The translations under genes and the position numbers were made by a program. 64,000 nt of DNA, from NCBI RefSeq assembly GCF_963921235.1, contig NC_086097.1, positions 237,710,001 through 237,774,000 of the forward strand, read 5' to 3'. Each line of letters starts with the position of its first letter. Position 1 is the first letter of the stretch. Of this stretch, positions 36,623 to 47,816 are shown piece after piece. Source of the DNA: Mobula hypostoma. Taxonomy: Eukaryota. A model generated the notes under the pieces. That model did not search any database, was not told where the DNA came from, and saw nothing but the letters and a program-made list of their open reading frames with translations.

Positions 36623-36744
36623 AACAATTCCAGCAATTTCTCTTTTTGTTTCAGATTTCCAACATCTGCAATACACTCAGTGGTCACTGTATTAGATACC
36701 TCCATCTGAGCTTCAAATGATGTCAATAGTGTTTGTTTTACAAC

Positions 36745-36952
36745 ACCAGTGACTCAGGTTCATTTCCCACCTCTGTATGTAAGGAGTTTGTACGTTCTCC
36801 CTGTGACCATGTGGGTTTCCTCTGGGTGCTCTGGTTTCTATCCACATGCCAAAGATGTACAGTTTATCAAGTTAATTGGTCACAAGGGTGTAATTGAGCA
36901 GTGCAACCTCATTGATCTAGAAGGGCCAGTTCCTTTGCTGTATCTTTAAATA
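36745..36952 (+). mobile_element. V-domain SINE
   Basis: Core gtgggtttcctctgggtgctctggtttc. Confidence 0.7.
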
Positions 36953-37058
36953 AAAACATGAATATAATGCTATGTGCCTGTGATACTGTTGCAGGTAAGC
37001 TTTTCCTGTGCATACATGGACTGACACAAATGACAATAAAGTCGATCTTGAGACTTTG

Positions 37059-37335
37059 AGGTGGTGACTGACAGCTTAAACATTCAACAGGAAATTGTAC
37101 AGCCTCGTCAATGTCTGTCTTGCTGTCAATAGGTTTATCTGGTGCAGGTTGTTCAGGAAGTTTTGAAAGGAGATCTTTACTCATGAACTGAACTTGCTGC
37201 TAAAATTGCTCTTTTACACAACTCTTGGCAATTCAAATGATGTCGTGTGACATTTGGGTAATCAACTTGCATCAGATCATGAAGTGAGATAGCAATTCTG
37301 CCCAAGATTTTGATCAGGATGTCAATTTTTGCCTA
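37059..37335 (-). pseudogene. Helitron-type PIF1 helicase fragment (decayed)
   Basis: SLHDLMQVDYPNV..HLNCQELCKRAILAA, a frameshift, then LLSKLPEQ..DKPIDSKTDIDEAVQFPVECLSCQSPP. This is collinear with the Helitron motifs VYPN..WLCERAILA.KN and YKSID...AV.YP.EFLNSL.PP. Confidence 0.72.
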
Positions 37336-38334
37336 ATTTGCTCATTTCATAACTTACATATATTCAAGGCAATTCATTTTAGAATTATAGAGCACCAAAG
37401 CCCAATGACAGGCCCTTCGAATCAGTGCACAAGGAGGATAGTCCTTCATACGCCCGCCATACAAGTACTTAACCGAATTTCTCTTAGCTGTTGAAATCAA
37501 ACCCATATTCACCACTTCCTCTGGCAGCTCATTCCACACTCACACCACTCTCTGAGTGAGGAAGCTCCCCCTCATGTTATCCTTTCCACTTCAGTAAGAA
37601 CGCTGTGGATTCAATCCGAGATGTCCCTGACCCTGGGACCCGGAAGGCAACATACCATCCCGAAATCCTGTTCTTATCCATTGAACCTGTCTGTTCCCCT
37701 AACCACTACAGCTCGCCTCTTCTCTCCACACCCCCCCCCACCCCACTCCCCACACTTCCCCTCTGAGCTACAGTTCCAGACTCACTGCCAGGTAAAAAAG
37801 ACGAGTACAGGTTCATCACTGCAACAGTGTAGGTGATTTATGCACCATGAGAGGCAGGACACTGATGTCCCACTGGGGACACTTTAACTGATGGCTTCCT
37901 GACAAAGTGGCTTATGAAATGCCTGAAGTAACAGTGGAGTGAGAGCCTGGGGCACTAACAATAATTCACTTATCTTTCCAGTGAGTTTGAAAAGTTTTGC
38001 TGGTACAGTATGAGTTGCTCCTTGTTACATGCATTGATGCCATCATAAAATATGCACAAATGACAGCAAAACTAAGACATGCATGGAGTGCTTGGCACAT
38101 TTTCTTCATCTGCAGAAATTACACACAAAAATTTCCAAATGCAAAATGGTCTTTGCCTGTGTTTTGTCCATAAAACAGGTGCATGTGTATCCAAATTCTA
38201 TATTTCAATAATATTTGAGTAGTCTTGTGTGTATGTATATATATATAGTTTAATTAAACACTCTTGTTTGTTTAAATAATCAATTAACGTATTTTTATAT
38301 ATAGCTTGTAGTTAATTATTTAAATGAACAAGAT

Positions 38335-38750
38335 TCTTTCTACCTACAGGAAAGATGTAAACAAGGTTGAAAGAGTACAGAGAAAATTTATAAGGATATT
38401 GCTGGGTTTGGAGGACATAAGTTATACAGAAGATTGAATAGGTTTGGACTTTATTCCTTGGAATGTAGAAAATTGAGGGGAGATTTGATAGAGATTTGCA
38501 AAGTTCTGAGGGATATAGATAGGATGAATGCAAGCAAGCTTTTTCCACTGAGGTTGAGAGACACTACAACTAGAGGTCATGGGTTCATGGTGAAATGTAA
38601 AATGCTTAAAGGAAACATGAGGGGACACCTTTTCAGTCAGAGGGTTGTGAGAGTGTGGAACGAACTGCCAGCACAAGTAGTGCATGCAAGCTCAACGTCA
38701 ACATTTAAGAGAAGTTTGGATAGGCACATAGATGGTAGGATTTTGGAGGG
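38335..38750 (+). mobile_element. CR1 3' fragment
   Basis: GLYSLECRKLRGDLIE...FSQRVVRVWNELP. Confidence 0.85.
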
Positions 38751-38754
38751 CTTC

Positions 38755-40340
38755 ACCAATATTTATACAGCTTCAACATATCGTCCCATCTTCTGTACTC
38801 AATGCATTGAAGACCAATATGCCGAAAGCTTTCTTTACAACACTATCTACTTGTGACCTCACTTTCAACAACTTATGTATCTGTATTCCCAAACACCTTT
38901 GTTCTGCCACACACCTCAGTGCCCTACCATTCACTGTGTAAGACTTACCCTAAACCTTGCACCTGTCTGTCCCATTCCATCTCCCATTTTTCAGCCCATT
39001 TTCCAGCTGATGCAGATCCCTCTGCAAGCCATGATAGTTTTCCTCACTGTCCACAATACCCCCAATCTTGGTGTCATCCAGAAATTTGCTGTTAACCACA
39101 TTTTCATCCAGATCATTGATATAAATGACAAACAACAAAGGATCCAGCACCGATCTCTGCAGCACTCCACTAGTAACAGGCCTCCAGTCAGAGAGGCAAC
39201 CTTATCCTACAACTCACTGGCTTCTCCCACAAAGCCAATGTCTGATCCAATTTACTACCTCATCATGAATGCAGAGTGACTGAACCTTCTTGACCAACCT
39301 CCCATGCAAGATCTTGTCAAATGTCTTACTAAAGTCCATGAAGACATTATCCACTGCCTTGCCTTCATCCACGTTCCAGGTATCTTCCTCAAAAGGCTCT
39401 ATAAGACTGGTTAGAGATGACTTACCACGCATGAAGCTACGTTGACTACTCTTATTCAGTCCCTGTCTATCCAAATACTTATATATCTGGTCTGTTAAAA
39501 TACCTCCCTATAGCTTCCCACAACTGATATGGTGCATCTTCTAGGGTGCATCACAACCTGGTATGGAAGTTGTCCTGTCCAAGACCAGAAGAAGCTGCAG
39601 AAGATTGTGAACACGGCGCAGCACATCACACAAACCAATCTTCCGTCCTTGGACTCACTTTACATCGCACCCTGTTGGAGCAGTGCTGCCAGGATAATCA
39701 AGGACATGGCCCACCAGCCAACACACTTTTCGTCCCTCTTCCCTCTGGGAAAGGGCTCAGGAGCTTGAAGACTCGTACGACCAGATTTGGGAACAGCTTC
39801 CTTCCAACTGTAATAAGACTGCTGAATGGATCCTGACCCGGATCTGGGCCGTACCCTCCAAATATCTGGACCTGCCTCTTAGCTTTTTTGCATTACCTTA
39901 CTTTCCATTTTCTATATTCTATTTATGATTTATAATTTAAATTTTTAATATTTACTATCAATTTGTAATCCAGGCAGCGGGAAGCGCAGAATCAAACATC
40001 GCTGTGATGATTGTACGTTCTAGTATCAATTGTTTGGCGACAATAAAGTATAAAGTATCAGACTCAGCTGCCTCTAATTTCCTGGTTTCTGTTTAGAGCC
40101 TTTTTTAAACAACATTGGCTATCCTCCAATCCTTTGATATCTCCACTATCACTCAGAATGTTTTAAATATCTCTGCTTGGGCACTGGTACTTACCTCCTG
40201 TATTCTGCGAGGGAACACCTTGTCAGGCCCTGGGGACTTATCCACCTCGATTTGCCTTAGGATAGCGAACTCCTCCTGCTCTGTGATCTGTACAGGATCC
40301 ATGAAGTTGATGCCACTTTGCCTCACTTCTATAGACTTTG
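38755..40340 (-). mobile_element. CR1 RT fragment interrupted by Rex1 (about 39535-40058)
   Basis: FMDFSKTFDKILHGRL, KFLDDTKIGG, DKSPGPD. Confidence 0.85.
39535..40058 (+). mobile_element. Rex1/Babar 3' end
   Basis: LGCITTWYG..KKLQKIVNTAQHI; tail caataaagtataaagta. Confidence 0.85.
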
Positions 40341-40384
40341 GGGAACAACTTTCTGTTTCCTGGGAATAGTTATTGAGAGGATCT

Positions 40385-40900
40385 GGCAAAGTATTTCATG
40401 TGGTAGACAGACAAAAGACCTTCTGTAATTCCCACAATTAAACTTATTTGCCTTTTCCTACATGGTTATAATTTGGGATTGGCGGCTTCAGGTGTATCTG
40501 GTCCATTGGCCCTATTTTATTAAGGATATGGTCTTCACAACTTCATGCAGGTCAGGAGTAGGAGCAAGGCATGCCCAAATAATTGCAGAGGAATGGAGTC
40601 AAGATACTCAGTAGATGCTTGCAATTGCAGATGACTTCGAAATGATCCTTCCAGGTATCATTTACTGCTCTGAAAGTTCACCTTCATTTATAGTTATATT
40701 TGCAGTTGGATTTTGGGCATTTGGCCTGGGATTGTCTTTTACAGTCCTGAACAATCTACGCAACAAGAATGGCTATATCTTCTGCACTATCTTCAACTAT
40801 CTTTAAGTCACGAGTTGAACTTTCGTCTTCAGGTAGCTGCAGAGTTGTTTCTTCTCCCTTTAAAGAAGGTGAAGCGTCCAAGTGGGAACATCCTACAATT
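40385..40900 (-). pseudogene. Highly decayed RTE-clade LINE ORF fragment
   Basis: Minus-strand WKDHFEVICN, PDLHEVVKTI and NCGNYR, in the expected order. Confidence 0.5.
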
Positions 40901-41294
40901 GCATTTGATTAGTTGCTGCGATGCTTATGCCGATGGTGATATTTTGGGTTTTGGGAATAGTGAAGATTAAACAGTAATCACTCCAGCAGTTAGTGGATTC
41001 CTGATGAAGGATGTCAGCCTGAAAAGTCGAGTGTTTATTTTCCTCCAGAGATGCTACCTCACCTGTTGATTTCCTCCAGTATTTAGCAACAGTCAGTGGT
41101 ATGTGTCATGATGCAGCTTGATTGAACATCTCTCTGGAGGTGATGCCGTGACATCCTTTGCTTGAACCTCGATTATAGTTTTTATTTTGATAATGCTTCC
41201 GTACTTTGGAACCCCTAAGCTTAATCTCTGCCAAACAAACACCTAAAATTTCAATGCACTGAATACTGGTCTACCTGCTCATGGAAAAGAGTTG

Positions 41295-41590
41295 TTTATT
41301 TATTTATTTAGCAATACAGCGTGAAGTAGTCCCTTTCGGCCCTTCGAGCCACACTGCTCAATAAACCCTGACCATCTCGATTAATCTTAACCTAATCACG
41401 GGACAACTTACAGTGACCATCTGACCTATCTGGTACGTCTTTGGACTGTGGGAGAAAACCGGACACCTGAGAAAACCCTCGCATTCCACAGGGAGGATGT
41501 ACCGAGACTCCTTACAGACAACACCAGAAATGAACTTCAAACGCTGACGTCCCAAGCTATAATAGCATCATGCTGCTACATTACCGAGGG
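41295..41590 (-). mobile_element. V-domain SINE
   Basis: gtctttggactgtgggagaaaaccgga core. Confidence 0.7.
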
Positions 41591-42319
41591 ACCCAAACTT
41601 TATTCTCTCTTGTCTATAAAGGATTATTCATAAAGTGACTCATTAATTTCCTTAACTAGGAATCTCCTGATCTTAATAATGGCCTACTGCAAATGGCAGA
41701 GAGACAGTTGTTCAAAATCAAGTGAAAGCAAACAGCAGAATGTTCACTGGGAATCTGTTCAACATTACATTTCATATTCTAACAGAGTTGCTGAGTTGAA
41801 TAAACTCTTCTCGGGCTTCCAGCTGGGAACAGGTATAACCGACGTGTCAATGGCAAACTCCGCCATGAAGATGGTGACAAAATGTCGCTTATAATCGATA
41901 CCTGTACCCAGCTGGGAACCAGAGAACAGTTTATTTGCCATATTTGCCAGGAAAGCACCAGATCCTGTCAGCTGCTTAGCTTCCCTGCGGACTATTCAAC
42001 CAGACAATTAAAACCTCAGGTGCCATAATATCTTTTATAAGTCTAAACCATTATTCATGCTTTTATATATATGATTTTATATATATGCTTCGGAATCAAA
42101 GGTATATGAATCAATGGGCTGAGAAGTGAAGGTAATGAATTAAGCCAACTTTGTTAAACAGCGGAAATGGCTCAGAGGTTGTGTCGCCTACCCACATTCA
42201 AAGTTTAAAGTACATTTACTATCAAAGTACATCAGTATCACCATATACAACACTGAAATTTATTTTCTTGTGGGAATACTCAATAAATCCATAATAAATA
42301 CTCTTTTTAATTATTAATT

Positions 42320-42582
42320 TTATTAACATACAGCATGGAATTGGCCCTTCTGTCTCTTCGAACCGTGCTGCCCAGTAACCCCACCTTTTAATCCCAGCCT
42401 AATAATGGGACAATTTACAAAGATCAATTAATTTACCAACTGGTATGTCTTTGGACTGAGGGAGCAAACCAGAGCACCCAGAGGAAATCCACATGGTCAC
42501 GAGGAGAACATAGAAACTCCTTACAGTCAGCTTCCAGGTTGCTGGAACTGTAAAGCATTATGCTAACCACTGCATTACCATA
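42320..42582 (-). mobile_element. V-domain SINE inserted into a Rex-type tail
   Basis: aaaccagagcacccagaggaaatccacatg. Confidence 0.7.
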
Positions 42583-43342
42583 ATAGCCATAACAGAATCA
42601 ATGAAAGACCACACTAACTTGGGCGTTCTACCAGAGTGCAAAAGACAACAAACTGTTCAAATACAAAATGAAAGCAATGATAATAATAAATAAATAAGCA
42701 ATAATTATCAAGAACATGAGATGAGGAGTCCTTGAAAGTGAGTTCATAGGCTGTGGGAACATTTCAATGATGGGGCATGAGGAGTTGAGTGAAATTATCC
42801 CCTTTGGTTCAAGAACCTGATGGTTGAGGGGTAATATTATTCAATGTAATAATTCAAAGTTTCTAACACACGGGATCAATAAAGTATTTCTATCTATCTA
42901 TCTATCTAAAATGTTTCTAAACTTGAAGGCAACAAAAATTAGGTCACAATGCTGTTTTCTATTCAGTAATCTACAACTATAATCATTTAATTAATAATAC
43001 TGTTACTTTTTTATTTTTAAGATTTACAGAAGCTTTAGTGGTGCTACATCTGCATGGGACTCAGCTCAGATGAGTCAGGATCGACTTGAGGTCCTGATCG
43101 CCATAGGAGCAATCTCGGATCTCTCCTTTTTCAAGGAGACTCACCTGTGTGCTACTGGATGAAGACTTCTTGACCACATTCAGTTTTTCAGGTATTATAC
43201 TGTGGTTTGGGCTATATTTGGTCACATACCATTTGCAGTCTTTTCCCAGTTAGATTATAATGTCTTTTGATTGCTCTTACTAAGTGCATGACCGCATACC
43301 TTGCTCTTGCCAAAGTGCCCAACCCCATATTAAAATCCATTT

Positions 43343-43482
43343 ACAAACAAGAGAAAATCTGCAGATGCTGGAAATCCAAGCAACACACATGAAATGCTGA
43401 AGGAACTCAGCAGGCCAGGCAGCATCTATGGAAAAGAGTACAACTGATGTTTCGGGTCGAGACTTTTCAACAGGACTGGGAA
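43343..43482 (-). repeat. Penelope-derived terminal repeat with hammerhead-like motif
   Basis: Minus-strand cagtcCTGTTGAaaagtctcgacccGAAAcatcagttg. Confidence 0.7.
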
Positions 43483-43894
43483 AAAAAAGGAACCTGGCTA
43501 CATCCTTTCACAAAGTCACAATATTCTCACTACAAGTTATCTCTTTCGGCAATTTTGTTCAAAGTCGCAATACCCTCATCACAAAATGCTCCTTTTGCCC
43601 ATTTTTGTTCAGCTGGTTCTCTCTCCCTGCTCGAAGATCCTGGATGATTCTTCAATGATTTGAAGCAAGGCTTTTGGGTCAAGATAGTTCAGAACATCCA
43701 GGAACTAATCAGACTCTGAATCTGAAGAGTCAGTGCTGTCAGTATCCAAATATCCATACCTTTAAAAAAGTTGATAACCTGCCTAATTTCCCCAGAAGGT
43801 TGTGGAAGATTATGAACATCTTCATTACATAAAAAATTGAATATTATGTTCATAAACACAATGTTCAATTCAAAATATTCAAAATACAATTCAT

Positions 43895-44365
43895 AAACAG
43901 GGTAGCCTCCAACCTGATGGCATGAACACGAATGGTCTAACATCCAACAATTTCTCCGCCTTTCTTTCTCCTTTTCCATTCCCCATTCTGTGTCCCTTCT
44001 TACGCTTTCTCTTCTCCTCACCGACCTATTACCTCTCCCTGGTGCCTCTCCGCCTTCGCTTTCTCCTGTCGTCCACTTCTTCATCCCTTTAACTTTTCTA
44101 CTAATCATCTTGCAGATTCTCACTTCGTTCCCCCTTCCCCCACCCACCACCTTCCCCCTCACCTGGCTTCACCTATCATCTCCCAGCTAGTGTTCCTTAC
44201 GCACCCGCCCCCCTCCACCCCTTCCCACCACAGTCTTCTTATTCTGGTTTCTTCTCCTTCCCTTTCCAGTCCCGGCGATGGGTCTCAGCTTCAAACATTG
44301 ACTGTTTATTCCTTTCCATAGATGCTGCCTGACCTACTGAGTTTCTCCAGCATTTTGTGTGGTTA
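43895..44365 (+). mobile_element. Penelope 3' fragment
   Basis: ggtagcctccaacctgatggcatgaac (end of the GIY-YIG ORF, as at 48230-48257), pyrimidine-rich UTR and terminal repeat. Confidence 0.8.
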
Positions 44366-44575
44366 TTCTATATCATATTCAGATTGCATTGTATTATACA
44401 CAGAATATGTTCAGAGAGAAGAAAGAGATCAAATTAGATTAAGGATTGAAAGAAAACCATTCCAGTTGATATTAATTTCATGAGAGCAAGTGTTGAAGAA
44501 CGATGATGAGATTTTGTAACACTTGATCACAGCTCATACTTAGTACAACTCACCACAGTCAGATCTATACCATTA

Positions 44576-44749
<174 letters not shown>

Positions 44750-45089
44750 TCAGAAAGAAGAGATGAAAAAAGTGTTAGCTTTCGTGCTTTGTTATGTTAG
44801 AACTGCACATTTAAAATAGACACAAAATACTCTGCTGGTTGTACTTTTTATAACTGACAACTAATCCTTAAATGAAGATCAAAACCTATTGAATAGAAAC
44901 ACTTTGTATACATTTGAAACAATAGCAGCTAGTGCATATTCCAGTCACATAAGAAACCAGGGTATAAATTAACTAAATAGGTATCATTACCCCTTTTTAC
45001 CAGCCAAATCAGGCTGACTTGATATGGGGCAGTTTTCATGATGGTATAGTGTCTGAAATCTGAAATCGATGTGAAATACATATGTGGGT

Positions 45090-45830
45090 CATAAAGAAGG
45101 TACATTGGCCTTCATAAATCAAAGTAATGAGTACAGGAGATGGGGTGTAATGTTTAAGTTGTATAAGACCTTGGTGAGGCCTCATTTAGAGTATAGTGTG
45201 CAATTTTGGTCGCCTACCTACAGGAAAGATGTAAATAAGGTTGAAAGAAAGAGAGAGAGAGAGAGAGAGAAATTGCCTTTAAGCTCACGAGAAAGCATAG
45301 GCCATCAACTCTATGCTGTTGATGTTTCTGTAGAAGGCAATTTCTTCTATACGATTCGAGTTGCTAGCTCGACACTCAACCCAGCACAGATGGAAGGCAT
45401 GCCAAGGGAGCCGGTTGGGTTCAAACTCGGGAGCCTTCGGTCCGAAGTCCGGCGCTGATGCCAATATGCCACCAGCCGGCCTAAGGTTGAAGGGCAACAG
45501 AGAAAATTTATAAGGAGGTTGCTGGGACTGGAGGACCTGAGTTACAAGGAAAGATAGAATTTATTCCTTAGAACATAGAAGATTGAGAGGAGATTTGATG
45601 GAGGCATATAAAATTATGAGAGATATAGACAGGGTAAATGCAAGCAGACATTTTCCACTGAGGATGGGTGGGAATACACAGGGTGATAGGTGAAAACTTT
45701 AAGGGGAACATGATGGGAACTTTCTTCACTCAGAGGGTGGTGAGATTGTGGAACAAGCTGCCAGCACAAGCGGTGCATGCAAGCTTGAATAATTTTGACA
45801 TGAACTAGATGGGCTGAAGGGCCTGTTTTG
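45090..45830 (+). mobile_element. CR1 fragment interrupted by a SINE
   Basis: LYKTLVRPHLEYSVQFWSPTYRKDV. Confidence 0.85.
45246..45481 (-). mobile_element. tRNA-derived SINE with (TC)n tail
   Basis: Head homologous to 34684-34932; TSD TAAGGTTGAA (45236-45245, 45482-45491). Confidence 0.85.
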
Positions 45831-45861
45831 ACATGAACTAGAGGGGCTGAAGAGCCTGTTT

Positions 45862-46150
45862 CTGGCTGCACCACAGCCTGGTATGGGGTCACCAATGGAA
45901 ATTCGAATGGAAAATCCTACAAAAGGTAGTGAATTTGGCCTAGTACATCACGCGTAAAGCCCTCCTTACCATTGAGTACATCTACACGAAACACTATCGT
46001 AGGAAAGCAGCAGTCATCATCAGAGATCCTTACCACCATGCTCTTTTCTCACTGCTACCATCAGACAGAAAGTATAAGAGCCTCAGGACTCACACCACTA
46101 ATTTTAGGAACAGTTATTACCCCTCAGCCATCAGACTCTTGAAAAAAAGA
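45862..46150 (+). mobile_element. Rex1/Babar 3' remnant
   Basis: GCTTAWYG...LLPSDRKYKSLRTHT. Confidence 0.75.
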
Positions 46151-47816
46151 GGATACCATACTCATACATTGGGTTGTCTCCCCAACAAATGAATTCAATA
46201 GACAATAGGTGCAGGAGTAGGCCAGTCAGCCCTTCGAGCCAGCATGGCCATTCACTGTGATCATGGCTGATCATCCACAATCAGTATCCAGTTCCTGCCT
46301 TATCCCCATAACCTTTGATTCCGCTATCTTTAAGAGCTCTATCCATCTCTTTCTTGAAAGCATCCAGAGACTTGGCCTCCACAGCCTTCTGGGGCAGAGC
46401 ATTCCATACATCCACCACTCGCTGGGTGAAAAAGATTTTCCTCAACTCCGTTCTAAATGACCTACCCCTTATTCTTAAACTGTGGCCTCTGGTTCTGGAC
46501 TCACCCATCAGTGGGAACATGCTTCCTGCCTGCAGCGTATCCAATCCCTTAATAATCTTATATGTTTCAATAAGATCCCCTCTCAGCCTTCTAAATTCCA
46601 GAGTATACAAGCCCAGTTGCTCCAACCTTTCAACATATGACAGTCCCGCCATCCCGGGAATTAACCTTGTGAACCTGCGCTGCACTCCCTCAATAGCAAG
46701 AATGTCCTTCCTCAAATTTGGAGACCAAAACTGCACACAGTAGTCCAGGTGTGGTCTCACGAGGGCCCTGTACAACTGCAGAAGGACCTCTTTGCTCTTA
46801 TACTCAATTCCACTTGTTATGAAGGCCAGCATGCCATTAGCTTTCTTCACTCTCTGCTGTACTTGCATGCTTGCTTTCAGTGACTGATGTACAAGAACAC
46901 CTAGACCTCGTTGTACTTCCCCTTTTCCTAACTTGACACCATTTAGATAATAATCTGCCTTCCTGTTCTTACCACCAAAGTGGATAACCTCACATTTATC
47001 CACATTAAACTGCATCTGCCGTGCATCTGCCCACTCACCCAGCCTGTTCAAGTCACCCTGCATTCTCATAACATCCTCCTCACATTTCACACGCCACCCA
47101 GCTTTGTGTCATCGGCAAATTTGCTAAAGTTACTTTTAATTCCCTCATCTAAGTCATTCATATATATTGTAAACAACTGCGGTCCCAGCACTGAACCTTG
47201 CGGTACCCCACTGGTCACCGCCTGCCATTCCGAAAGGGACACGTTAATCGCTACTCTTTGTTTTCTGTCAGCCAGCCAATTTTCAATCCATGTCAGTACT
47301 CTGCCCCCAATACCATGTGCCCTAATTTTGCCCACCAATCTCCTATGTGGGACTTTATCAAAGGCTTTCTGAAAGTCCAGGTACACTACACCCACTGGCT
47401 CTCCCTTGTCCATTTTCATAGTTATATCCTCAAAAAATTCCAGAAGATTAGTCGAGCACGATTTCCTCTTCGTAAATCCATGCTGACTCGGACCGATCCT
47501 GTTACTGCTATCCAGATGTATCGTAATTTCATCCTTTATAATTGACTCCAGCATCTTTCCCATCACCGACGTCAGGCTAACTGGTCTATAATTTCCTGTT
47601 TTCTCTCTTCCTCCCTTCTTGAAGAGAGGGACAACATTAGCAACCCTCCAATCCACAGGAACTGATCCTGAATCTATAGAACATTGGAAAATGATTACCA
47701 ATGCGTCTATGATTTCTAAAGCCACCTCCTTAAGTACCCTGGGATGCAGACCATCAGGTCCCGGGGACTTATCACCCTTCAGACCCAACAGTCTATCCAA
47801 CACCATTTCCTGCCTA

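Noticed and set aside
45794..45862. 33-bp tandem duplication
   Set aside because: Local slippage in a CR1 3' UTR at a junction; unremarkable.
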